The notes below the pieces were generated by a model. That model saw only the letters and a program-made list of their open reading frames with translations. It was not told the origin of the DNA and ran no database searches. From positions 2,108,001 to 2,172,000 of the forward strand of contig JAYWIR010000016.1 in the NCBI GenBank assembly GCA_036172245.1: 64,000 bases of DNA. The letters are read 5' to 3'. This document shows, one piece after another, positions 1 to 16,300 of the stretch. Position 1 is the first letter of the stretch, and every line of letters starts with the position of its first letter. Position numbers and translations under genes: made by a program. Source of the stretch: Raillietiella orientalis. Taxonomy: Eukaryota.

Positions 1-3000
1 AGGGGCTGAGCGCTCTACGTGGAACACGTGAGGAAAGTTTAAAGCGCATACTGCTGACCGTCGTGAACCCGTTAGAATGTGACCACGGGTTCACAGCTTC
101 TCTTTCGAAGAGATGTTAGTACCCGTAACTGCCTTTTCCAGAGGAGCTACTTTTCCTGCATGTATGTGATGAAACACCTTAGAGATGTCCACCGATGAGA
201 AACCAAGGTCATGGGGCTTTCTTGCAACAACTGATAAGCTTGTGCGACAGCCATTCCTCGAACACGATTCTTGAAACTGGTGAGCCATGTAAACCTCTGG
301 GTTACATGGCTCACCAGCAAGGAGTTTCCGTGAACATTCTTTGTATCTGCTCTGTGATCACTGAAGAAGTTCGCAAGATGGTTGACGTTGCTTCTTCTCT
401 CCGTGTTTTCGCTTACTGTTCCAATGGCCATCCCCTGAACCCCCCGGTAATCGGTTTGCCGCTCCTTTCTTGTTCCCCTTCGCTATGCACTTCCCCACTC
501 GTGATTCGCAACCAAAGTTTTTCAGACTGTTACCCCAAACAGCCACGAATCAGCAAATGTCAAACTATGGTGGCAATGCAAAAAAAAAAAAAAAAAAAAA
601 CGCACGCATACACACGAATACCTATGAAAGGGAAAACAGAGAACATTTGCTCAATTGACAATCACCAAAACGACGCGTTCCTTTAAATGAGATTTTTTGA
701 TATTTGAACTGAATAACAGGAGACAATGATGGAATGTCCAGGAGAAATCGAGGGCGACCCAATGCCGGCAGCAGACTGCAAAGCAGTTGGCATCTCTACC
801 AGCCACGGTAACATAAAAGCCTTCCAGTACAAAAAAAAATGTTGCTGACATCTTGCTTTCAGCTTAAACTTCCATCCAACTCGCTCACAGTGGCGAAGGC
901 ACACTCTTCAGTTCTGTACTTCTTGAACGGCACTTCTCAGTGAACAACACAGCTGCTGTGGATTCTGTATGCATGTCCGGAGTAAGCGACACACGTGAAA
1001 AACACGCACACAACCTGCTCATGGTGTCAGATGGACCATCGGAAGTGCACCGTCTGGAAACGCCTCACCTTCCACAAACCAAAGGGGAAAAAAGGGAGCC
1101 AGGTGGCAATTTGAAAGGAAAAAAAAAATTCGTAGAAACCCGGAAGAACGATCGTAATGTAAGAAAAGATGCTACGCAATTCCAATCACCGGAAGAGATA
1201 GCAAAGAACTGAACGAAATACCTAAGGAGGAATGAAGGGAGTGGCGTTCCTGCATCTGACAAAACGGTACGACTCATCTTTTTCTCTCGAATCGATACGA
1301 ATACACTGATCCCCGTTTGTACACATAGTGATTTGGTTCGATCCATAAGGCGGATCACAGTTCATCCAGGACTGCAACCGTAGCAAACCCAGAGGGTTTT
1401 TTTTTTTTTTCCTTTTTACTCCACTTGATTTTCCTCTCGCTGCCAGTTGGTTCTCGGACAAGCTGGTGATCGTTTAAGACAAAGCCACGCAGCACATGCA
1501 CAACCGGAACCGAGTGTGTGGCAAAAACCGAGGTTCACTCGATTTCACGTTCGATGGATGTGCCGCCGCCGTCTACTTCCAAATCCCATCCCTACACATT
1601 GCAGCCCACACTTTGAATGAAAGCAGGTTAATGTGCATACTACTCGACAAGGCCGACATGTGGTACAGTGGATTCAGCAATCCTTCTGGCGCTACCACCT
1701 GCAGCAGCAGACACAAAAGGGAAAACAGGAGAAGGGCTGCGGTGACAAAGTTGACACTTTTCAATCATGTGAAAGTGCACACGAACTCTGCTCATTTGTT
1801 TCGAAATGTATATATGTTTTGGATTGGATAAGACCCGGTAATATTTTCGAAGTCAACCAAAGAGCTTCTTTTCCGATCTCTAAACAGTTTTTCTGATAAA
1901 GCTCTATCGCATGAAAGCATTTGAGGATCGATTTAAGTACCACCGGCCGATTCGAAGAAAACTAATGTTGGTATGAAAAAGCTAACTGATGATGAATGCT
2001 TTTTTTGAATGAATTCAAGAAGTACTACAGACCTTGAAGACGACAAATGATATGAAGGTGTAAAGCGAAATCACACATTTCAGTGAACAAACTCAGCTGT
2101 CGAAACAGAAAAGAGAAGCGGACCATTAAGCTCCACGTCATTTTCAATGGTGGGGAAAAAAAAAAAAAAAAAAAAAAAAAAGTGTCCGAACAAAAAGGAT
2201 CTTGAAATTCATCTTATTTGTATACGAGGATGAGGAAGGGGGAAGCCTACTCCAGGAAGTACACGGGAAAAAAAAAAAAAAAAAAAAAACAACTACAGAT
2301 GTGGTACTCACTGAAAACGGTACAACACAAAACAGCAGAAAATTAGGCTCCGTGACGGAGGAGTGAAAGCCATGCATAAGTGGTACTGAAAAGAAGACAG
2401 ACTTTGGAAACTGCGGTCAAGTTCTGCTTTTGGCAAGCAGGCGCACTGGATAATGGGGACAAGGGGGGACATGCAGCAGCATTTTCCAAGCTCAGGTCTT
2501 ACAAAAATGCTGAAAGTGCGCCGCTGTTGACAACTTTCGCCATGTGCACACCCCATGAAGCGATGGGAATAAACGGACTGCTACTATGTACACTCGTTGA
2601 AGAAAACCAGGAAATTAAATCCACAGAGCTCCTCCAGCAGATCCAAGTAGCAACCTCTACATTTCAATACCCATGGAGTTTCCGTATGATTTTTGTGAGC
2701 ATCAAGAGTTTTCCCAAACTGCTGAGGATGAGGATATCCGAGTACACGCTTGGGCTGTACATACACTACGAGAGTACCACACCTGAGTGAGATTCCAACG
2801 AGATCCAGTCACCGAAATGACGTGTAAATAGGATTAGGGAAAATGGGCTTTCGAGGTCTCTTCCAATCTCCTAGAGTGATACTTTCCATAGATTTTCTCG
2901 ACCTTAGGAGGTTAGATTACAGCCTGCCAAGGTTAAACGGAAAACTGATACGGGATCCTGCGACTCGAATCATGAAAATAAACGAAAAAGAAACAACCGG

Positions 3001-4693
3001 AAATCTCGAGGGAATTTCGTGAAAACGATTCGCCATTGGATGTGGACCTTGTGGATGCGAGCAATGCAACCCACGCTTCCGTTTCCATAAACATCATTCC
3101 CTCGGTTAAATTACCATTTGAGTAAACCAAAAAAGGACGATCACTTCCTATTTAAAAATCCAGTCGTTTCTAAAGAAAAGAATGATGCGGGACAGACACA
3201 CGCTCCCCACCTTCCCCTGCGAAGGACCATTCAGGGATTAATTTCTCCCATCATGAACGTCCTTCTTTCAGTGCCAGAGCAACAGAGGAAAGATTTAGAC
3301 CAACTGGCCAGATTCAGCCGTGGCTTAATTCACAAAACACGCAGGGTTGCGAACACGGCAAGTAACTCCACGGGGATGCATTTCGCCGCCATCACATACT
3401 TCCCCCCCTTAAAGATAAAGACATGCTGCAAAAATCTCTGGGGCCGGGAAAAATCCTCAGAAACAGCTTGGCCAGTTCAGAATTTCGCATTATCGATTGA
3501 TGATGTGAAATTGTGATCCGTCTGCTCAACTGTTACCAAATTCGAATTCTTTTTTTTTTTTTTTTCTACGAAGGAGTGAGCCTGTTGCAATGGGAAAGGG
3601 GCTCCACTAGACATTTACTAACAAACCTGCATAATGCACTTTGCAAAGAACGTGAGCAAAAATCAATATTCACTTTACCCAGTGCCGATTCCGAATCACA
3701 GTCAACATTCAGTGCATCCTTTGTAGGATTGATTCTGTAACAATTTCCAGCAATCCAACGTAACTCTGGTCTTATGACATCCATTGCTCACACGTTCGCC
3801 TCACCAGTGGTAACGAATTATTCACGAAATGCTCTAACAAACCCGATGGCTTGGTGCCTTACTTATTGCAAGCCAAACTCCTACTGCACCAAGTGCTCAC
3901 AAACAAATGGTGGCATTGCAATACACACTTACAGCCCTGTCTTGCATCTACATACAAAAAAGGAATGAATGTCCCATCAAGACAAGAGGAGAAGCAATCA
4001 TAACACATTTATAAGCCACATCTTCATGTTTGGCAATGCAAGTGCATTGGAACCACCACCATCGACTTCACATTAACAAACTCAGTAACACGATGCAACC
4101 AGCACCTGCACAAATGTTTCGCATTTTGGAATGGACATTGGTGGTCTTAGATATACATATGTATCTTCCACCTCACTTTCGTTGCCCTTTTACACAGAAA
4201 ATCCCAAAGGCAACCAGAGATTAATGAATTCACTCGAAAGATCGAAAAACTGAGAGAAATAAATTAAATAATGTATTTAAATGTAAGTATCCATACTACA
4301 AAAAACTTAATGTAATACAAAACACTGAAATAGTGATTAAGTTTTCTTTCAAATGGATTTATTAAAGTATAACTCCAATGTACAAATTCGGAGCAATTTT
4401 TTCACATTCCACAAATGGGAACACCAATCCAAAAGACTGAAAACTTTTGGATACCACTTTATTTTTTTACTGATTTCATGCTCAGTGAAAGATATGAAAA
4501 TTCTAGTTCTCATCGGAAAATCAAGACAAAAGCAAGTTGAACTTTTAATGAGATGTACATCAAATATAATTGCCATCAAAGATAACAAACAGTTCCAGCA
4601 TGAGGCTAACACAGGCAACCCATTATCCATGTAAATAGATACCACATGCATGCAAACAGGCTTCCTTTGATTAGCTACCACTAAAGAACTGCA

Positions 4694-7246
<2,553 letters not shown>

Positions 7247-7493
7247 TACAGCATGCGTGACAATTCAGCCAACACCAACAGATAACTATAGCTGTGAAAC
7301 AAGTGCGCTTCCGATAAATACATATATATTACAAATATGTTAACAAAACAAATCCAATATCCACCTATTTAATTTCGATAAATTTCAATATTAAAAAAAT
7401 ATTCGTCTTTTGAAAAAATAAACAGCACAAGATTTGAACAAGCATTATAACATTTACCAAATTTCATATATAGTATTCCATATTCAAATTCCT

Positions 7494-7508
7494 TGACGTC
7501 AGTTCCGG
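7494..7508. promoter_or_regulatory. CRE palindrome abutting an ETS-like site upstream of eIF4A
   Basis: TGACGTCA (7494-7501) followed by GTTCCGG; reads CCGGAACTGACGTCA on the minus strand, ~250 bp upstream of the eIF4A ATG. Confidence 0.4.
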
Positions 7509-10500
7509 TAAAGATTTATCAAGATGAAAATTCCATCGTAACAATAAACAATTATAAGAAAATACTTTTATTCACTTGATGTTTTATTCTGTTCACAGCA
7601 ATGGAAACAATTCTTGATACTTTTCCAAAATCATAATACCAAAAAAATGAAAAGGTTAATCAAATAAAATGGAAGGACTAAATAATGCCATAAACTGCAT
7701 TATTACACGATTCATTCATTAAATTACAAAAAAAAAAAAAAACAATTCTCGATATTTCATAACTAAATGAATAAACGTTCGAAAGAAAACTTTAAAAAAA
7801 TATTGGCGTATATCATCAAATTCTAAATATGTATTTTCTTCATCTGCAATCTTACTTGTATTTAGACCGGTCTATCTAAAAATTATTTTCAAAGTAATTT
7901 TCCTACTTTATATTGTAACGGTGATCATGGTTATGTCTCCCATCGTCCATAGACAATATTCCATATTTTCCACCAATGTTTTTTGTTTCAATATAAAAGA
8001 TAATGTTTCATTTTGATTTGATTTTAGCAATGTATTTCATTCATAAAATAGTCCTCCGCTTAAATTATCTAGTATATACGGAATCATAGCAAAGTGTACA
8101 TGCTGGAATAAAAAAATGATCAATATCAAAAAATCCAAGTGAACTTGAAATAGAATCTACAATCGTTTACAGACCTTTTACCTTGGGTTGAATATGTCTA
8201 ACTATAAATCAGACTTATAAATCTCCAAAAAACTAAATAGTACATCGAAAAGTCACCTCATGACTGCAGTTCAATAATAATAATCTTGTAATAAAAAGAG
8301 AAAACAGTTTATTTGAACTTCCTCTCTGTGTTGCTTTTCAGTCTGTGAGATGAATTGATTGTAGGACTTCGTTAGGAGACAAACTAATCAACTACTGACA
8401 TTGGTTTCATAGATAAAAGAAAAGAACTTTATTGTAGTCTTACAGAGACTTAAGAATTTTAAAGCAGCTAAGATATCGGACAATAAGTTTTATGTGCATG
8501 TTTGGTCAAATTTGCAAACAACATACCTCTTCGAAAAAGTTGAAAGCTAGGCGCTCTGACATTAATACATGGACATTGTATTTATAAATTTAAGTTGTTG
8601 AAAATTATGTTCTTTCCTATTTATTCGCAATACTTAGTATTATAAATGACCAGTATTTTTATTCAATTATGATAAAAAAAACAAGCTACTTGAATCACTC
8701 GACACAGCATTTTTCATTCAGCTTTCAAAAACGTAAACGAGAGGATATCAACTCTGAATCTGTTGAAATTAATAAGATATTACTTGAAAATATTATTGAA
8801 TTCAGAGGTATTTTCGATGATAATTGTAGGAAATGTTAAAAAGAATTATCATGCTTACGTTCTGAATCCAAACTATGTTTGAAATAAATATTATCGGTAT
8901 AGCATTGACAGAACCCTGCTCCAATTTTGGTTTTACATGGTTCAAAGATGAATATGACGATGCTTATATTAGTAGTTTTTTTCTTTCCCGTCCTAACACG
9001 GGGCGCTCAAAGGTGCCCATGAAAATGTAATTCAAAAATTGAAACTCAAATATAATTTGAGAATTTATATGTACTTATCAAACCACTTATTACACACTTT
9101 TATGTATCTTGATTCAGAAAAACAAGTGTAAAACTTTGTGAACATTGCAGTTGCTTCTCTGAGATTCCTACTTCTCCATGATCTGAATCCATGTCTCTTT
9201 ATGTATTCAGTCGATGGATAGCAAGTGTGCCATAAACTGCAAGTTAATGTTACATTGTCTCAATTGAATTATATGTTTTATTATTATGGACATAGGTTTT
9301 CATCCATAACGTAAATGTCGCGAAAATAACTGATGGCATGCATCATCAAACATACAAAAATAAGAAAGTCCAATATGAGAGTAAATGCTGAAATCCGCTT
9401 CCGATGAAAGTTGAAACTTCAACATATAAATTTTTAAATGCCATGAAATTTGTTTATTGAAACTGAGTGTTTCTCTCTTTTGAATTTGTGAATGAAAAGG
9501 ACTCTCTAAACAGAACTTATTGATCCATGCTTTGGAATGTTATATTGAATTCCAGCAAACAAATTTTTTTTGAAATCAATACGGCATATTTGTATCATCC
9601 TTCCTTGATTAGAGTGTTTAGTTATGAGCATTTGAGCATTATTGGAGTTTGTAGAAGCAATAATCATTAACAGGAAATTGTTGAGGCGATTATAATGATA
9701 AGTGAAACAATGCCAACAAACTTATGTTTCGAAAAGAGAAATCTTGCAATCAGAGATCACTTCTATCTGCGAAACGGATTAAGCGAACCAAAACTTATTT
9801 TGCTAGTGCTTGTACTTATACTGAAAAGATCCTCCGTGATGTAAAACGAAAACTCCATAACGGCGATACCTCAACAGTAGCTTAATCATTTTGTCAAATT
9901 CACTTGCCGTAGAAATTTAAATTTTTCATAGGAGGTTTGCTTTCAGAGTATGTAATCTCATTTATTAGTGAATAATATATGAGATCAAATACTATCTTAA
10001 AGGACTATCTGATGCTTTTGATTGTAATGGCAGTTTTTCTGCTCAACCTGCTGGACGTGAAACCATTTCCCATCTACGAATTCTATCCACTTCTAGAAAA
10101 CTTCAAGGCACTTGCATTTATTTTCGAACTTTGTGTAGATGAGAAGACATTGGATTGTATTTGATTCATTCTGGAGTCTGAATATCGCGATGCTTCTTAA
10201 ACAGAGAAAGTTCTTTTCTTTGATTCCAGTTTATAGTAAATCCAGTCTGCATTTTTTCCATGCATTTGTTCGGTTTTCTTTTTGATCATAAAGCAGTTAT
10301 ATTTTTAGGATAGCATTTGTTAAGCCTTTGCCTATGCGCTATTTGTATTGCATGTGCTATGTGGGTTTGTGTTTGCAAGATTTTTGTTTTCTAAATAACT
10401 GTTTTCACATATGGCTAAAGTCTGAAAACAAGATCTCATTCAAGAAGATAACGGCAACACTAATAATTACACCGTGCTGTGCAAGCAATTTTTTTTAAAT

Positions 10501-13342
10501 GCATGAGTAGTAGTCTTTTGACTCCAAACCTGTGTTACGTATTAGGAAATTTATCGACGATTACGATCCTTGCTGCACAATACCCAAAAACGTCACGAGA
10601 TAGAAGTTTATGGTGATATGTATTTCTTTGGGTTAATTATTTATGTTCTCAAATCAGGGAAAATCCGTTTTACTGTTTGTCGAATTGAAATTATTTTTAT
10701 AAAGTTCTTACAAGCTTAACACTTATAAGTATTAATTGTTCGGTTGAACAAGCATTGAAAATTATATTTAGAAATTCTTGATGGATTGTATATAAACAGT
10801 CATCAGTAATTATAACATGGAGTTCATTGAGGGTGATGTAATTTTCATGGAAATTTACAATAACGCTAATTTCAATTTACATATAACTGTCAATAATTTT
10901 CCCCCTATGTCCGCGGATATTAATCTCGTGTATTGCATTTGTTGTTTCTAGTTATCAGAAATTTATTTCATTACCCTAATATTTGAATTATTTTTCCATA
11001 ATTCTTTTTTGCGCCAGTTAAATTAACAATCAGGTAATATGATTTGAAAAAGGGTCATCAGCCCATCATACAGAAGCATGCTAGAATGGAAGACAAAAAT
11101 ATACTTGGTAGCTGATAACGGAAAATATTGCTTTCATAACCTTGTATGGCTACAGATACAGTGATACTTAGTTTTGAGTGCTATTTTTCAATGAAATCCG
11201 AAGCTTGCGTTCCAATCTCGAGCCCCAAAGATCAGTCAGGAAGAATTACCATGCTACTTGATGAAAATGCCTTGGACCCTGTTAGCTTTGATTTTCTGTT
11301 CCTTTAGTATTTTCATAATTTGCTTTCAAGAAATTGAATAGATTTAAGTTTTCATTTCACAGTCTATAGAAATAAAACAGTAAGAGCATCTGCATGTGTT
11401 AGAACCTTTTTGAATACATTTTGTCTTGTGCTATCATGTACAATTCTGTGGAAACAGCCTTGAAAAAAAGAAATTTCATTGTTGTTAGGTCTTTCTATAT
11501 TTGTTTTAAAATTATATTAGCTACTGTTTATGGTTTAACTTTTGTATTCAAGGTTAATTCAGAAGGGATGCTAATCTGCAACACATGAACTGTGTGTGAG
11601 TTGTGAAATTTTGTTGACAGAGAATATGGTTTCTTTGTGTGTAGTATTTGGCAGAAGCTGGTATCAAGTGAAAATACTTTGATTGATTGTTGTTTGAGGA
11701 AAGTTATTTGAAAATACAAACAGTAGTTTGCAAAACATTTCATGATGTAGTAAAGGTGAAAATTTTTGTGCTTATCACAAAAATTGTGTTTGTGTTTGTG
11801 TGAGTTTTGCTGACAGATGGCAAATTAGGAGAAAGATGTTAAAAGATTTTCAAAGTTAATTATTTTGAAAGTCATTTATCCTGGAAATTTATTCAAAGAC
11901 TGGAAATAAGAAGCTTTGTTGACATAAGGTCTTGCTCGTTGTATTACATGTATTTCATAGTTAATTATATTTTTTCATGTATGTAGCATCATGTTTTTGC
12001 AATTTTATTTAGAAAATCAGTAGAGATCTGTTGAACATTAGTTCATTTAGTGTGATAAAGATGATCAAGATGAATGTGTTTTAAAACTCTTATACATATG
12101 TATGCATTTAAAATTATATCTAATCCAAGTAATTTGTGGTTAAGATTTATTATGATAATTTAAGATTTCATTTAATTGTTATGATAAACACATTAATATG
12201 CTGTTTGTGTTTGTAAGCTAGGTTCCTCCTTCTATAGCTGTTGAAAATTGAATAACAAATTAAGTAATGAATGTATTCGAAAAATTATTGTGATTTCAAA
12301 GAATCAAGGAATAGTTGATTCTTTTCACATTAAATGGAAAAGTATGTTGTTATCTAGTAGTTGTGTGCCATTCTAAAAGAGAATAAATAGTTACAGAATG
12401 AATGCAGTTATACATCCTTTTTGTGGATTTCCAGCATTCTAGTCTGTTTTGGATTTCTTTGAAAATGTTATTTTCCTTTTCTTAATCTTATTTATAAGAG
12501 TTTCAGGTTGTTTGTTGTCATTTTCTTTGAGGTGGAATCCCCTTTTTGGTCATTTTTTCTGGTTTCATCAGAATAACCAAGTTTACTGTTGATTGGGAGT
12601 TAATTTTGTTACCATTGTTTTGTGTATGTAAACCTCAAGTGCCCCTATTTCAGATATGAAAAAATCCAATATTTTGCAAGGTCGTTTCATGTGTATATTC
12701 TTAATTATTTGAAGAAATGATTGATTATTGAAATTGGATACCTACTTTCCTTTTTTGGAATGTTGTATTCTATGATAACTGTAATAATTCTTAATTTTTT
12801 TATATTGTAGCTGCCACATCTGTGGTGCATTAAAATGTGGAACAACACAACTAGCTTTTTGTTCAATGTTGCATTCAGTGGAAAATTTATTGTAACATTT
12901 ATCGTTTTCAAATATTCATTGGAATTTTGCTCAGCTTTGCTTATCTGGTGATGCTTTTGTTGTGTATTGTATATGTTTTCTAAAAGTACATTTAATTATG
13001 TAAACATATTATTTTCTGAGTGTTTCTAAAACTTTCAGCGGAGTGGGAGCATTTTTTGATTTGATTTCATGAAGTCAAAAAGTGAATGGTTGTGTAAAAC
13101 AAATATTTTCTTTAAATTGATTCTATACTAGAAAAGGGCTTATTTTCATAAGCTAAATGGGCTCAAGTTTTATGATCAATTAATATTGCATACTGTAAAT
13201 TTTTTTCACTTTTTTAATATTATGGCTATAAATTGTAATCCATTTTACAGGATTTTCTCAACAAAAAACATTTCATTTTCATAACAGAAGTCTAATTGGA
13301 TTGATCAAAGCAGTTTACATGAGTGACATGTCAAAAGATTAA

Positions 13343-16300
13343 ATGGACATAGTTAATGAAAATGAACTAGTTAAGCAGTTCATCTCCATAACTAATGTTG
13401 ATGAAGAACGTGCAAGATTTTACTTACAGTTAGCATCTGGGAGATTAGAAGTAATAACAGATCTCAATGTGCATTTTGTAATGTTAGCTGAATATGCTCA
13501 TGTTGTTTAGCAAAATGATTAAAAGCTTTCAGAATTTATAAATATCATGTGTTAAATTTTGCTGCCAGTATAGATAATTTAGATCCAAATACTACCATTC
13601 TTATAAAAACAGTTGTGATATATTAGGTTGCAATCTCAAATTTTTTTGAAAGTAATGAAGAGAATCATCAGAGATTCCAGAGTGATGCATTTGATGCAAC
13701 ATCAGTGAACGAGTCTACTGTCATGGAAGTTAATGAAACCAAAAAAAACAATGTACCAGCAAAAGCAAAAGAAACAGGGTAAATATCTTGGGAGGGGAAA
13801 AAAAAAAATTGGTTTATTGCAGTCTAGGTGGGAATAAGTGAAGTATTTAGTCTGGTATAAATGTATTTTTTTTTATCTTGCAAAGTCTTTTGTATGTACT
13901 TATTGCTTCATTTTCTGATTTGTTTCTATTAATTCATTGTATTCTGCTTTGGTACTCATATGGTTAATATGTAGAACTCTTCTGTTTCTAGAAATTAATT
14001 GTGCAGAAGATATCTGAGTTCAAATAATTATAAATAGACTATTTAAAAATTTGGTTAGAAAAGATGAAATATTAAAATCTATTGTTCCGTAAGATTGTTC
14101 AGGGCATTTGATTGATTGGAGAACTGTCAACAGTGGTTGGTGTGGAAGGTGGTTTGGATGAAAGAAGAATGCATATGGGATTGTTGGAAACAGAAGATTG
14201 GTGAAATGGATGTGAGAGTGTATAGTGCTAAGTTTTATATCTTGAAGTATGTTGCTGGTTTTACTGTACCAAAGGATTGGAAAGAGGTTGATCCTTAGAT
14301 TCCTCAGGGATCACAGGGGAAATTGAAAATAGGTTCTCCTGTTTCCAGAGTGAGAAGGGAATAGTACTTTTTGTTTAAAGGAAATTGGAACATGAAATTT
14401 GAGTAAAATTTTATTTGTTATTAGGAGTTACAATTTTAACATATGGGGTTATATTTCCTTGGTCATCGAGTATGGAGATTTTTTTCAGTTGGTTGTTGTG
14501 ATGTTGATGAGGATCCTGTGATCAGTGCTCATTTTATGGTAGTCTAGGTCCCAGTTTGCCATGGCCATGATGTGTGGTGTTTACAAGTATTTCACAGAAC
14601 CTTGATATTTTGGGTTGAATATGATTCGGTTTTTTAGGCTTTTGATAAAGTCATATTGGACCGAGTCTTTGTTGTCACTGGTTAGGTTTTTCACGATTAT
14701 GTGTTCTCCGTTATAAAGATGGGCTGCATCAGCTTTCTTGCAGCTTTGCTTGTAGATGGCTTGTCTGTGAAGAAATAGGAATTTGACAAAAGTTGTTTTT
14801 CCGCTGTTGCCTCCTTCATCTTTGATCCAGAATATGTTTGTGAGGTGTAGAGGTTTTTCTAGGTGTTCTAGGATTTGGAGTTGCCATTCACATAATCAAA
14901 GTCCTTTCATAGGGTTGGGATGAACATTGTTACATAAAATTCCGTAGCACTCATTAATAAAATTGATGTTTGTTGCATAAAATTTGGTATGATGTTCTAA
15001 GAGTAGTTTTCAGCTTTCCCACCTTTTATGAGTTTGAGAATCTGTGGGGATTAGATTAAGTATTGGAGGAAGCATACCTTTTTTTCGTAGGATTTGTTGT
15101 AGGCGTCATCATCAAGTGATCTGAATGCCTATGGTGAGTTGTCTTGTTTTAAGCAGTATTCAGTATTAGGCTGTGAGCTTCCTTTGGAAGTTTCCAGGTG
15201 AGTTCTTGAGAAAGGGGATTGTTTCATTTGTGACAAGGTGCATGCTTTGTAAAGCTGGTGGTAACCTTGGAGATGTGGAGTTGAGTGTATTACTTGATGA
15301 TGAGTTGTATTACCAGGATGGTCATTGACCTTGACCACAATACTTGAGAAACCCTGATAATGGTAATTCTGATAAGGTCCGGAATGTGAGGTGTGTGGGA
15401 AAGTGGTGTTCATGGATTTGTAGTGCTCAGTTGGAATTTGCGTAAAGGGGAGGGGGGGGGGCATTAATAATGATTGGATTGTTGTGTAAGGATTAGTGGG
15501 AAGTCAAGCTTAGTACACAGTAATTAGTTTGCTGTAAATAAAAGTGGCAACACAAGTTATTGCTGTGCCGTAGGTTTCATGTATGCAGAATCAAAGCAAC
15601 TAGATGTTAGTCAAACTATAAATTTATATTACCATATGAATGTTTATAGACTTTATGTAGATATTACTGAATCAACTTGGAGTTAAATAAAATGCAGTGT
15701 GGAATCAAACAGCTGTACTTTTTAATTGTTAAAGACAAATCCATGTCTGATACATTTCAGTGAATTTTTGAAGTTATGGAGTACAAAAAGTAAAGCTGTT
15801 CATGGTTTGAACCACCAGTTTCAAAATATTCGTCTGTAAAATTATTCAGCAATTAATATAAGTTATGAATAGGAAGCGTTTCTTAATATTCGAGATTTGC
15901 TAATAATCACGAGCTCCACATCTCCAAGAACATTAGAAAAATAGTTATATATTTCAGTGCATAGCCAAATATAAATGCATATTCATAATGAAAGTAGGAC
16001 AGATCATGATTTTGTATTATTTTGTGAACAAGAAAGTTCCATAAATAGCTGAAACACTAAAAGCAGGTTCACTGATATTATGACATCATTAAAGATGTAA
16101 AATTGCCTATTTCATATTTCTTTTCACCTGTATCCAATGATTTAAGACTTTATAGCAATGTACTGTTTTACGTATTTGATTAATATACCAAAAATTTCAA
16201 ATGATGGACGATTTAAAAGCTCAGGTATTGAAATTTAATGCTCATGCGATTTTCTGTGGTGTAGCATGGAAATTTTGATGTACTGTATATTTTTAGAATA

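Noticed and set aside
1573..1764. Signal-peptide-like ORF MKSVNFVTAALLLFSLLCLLL
   Set aside because: It starts at TTG, has no splice acceptor and has no recognisable mature peptide.
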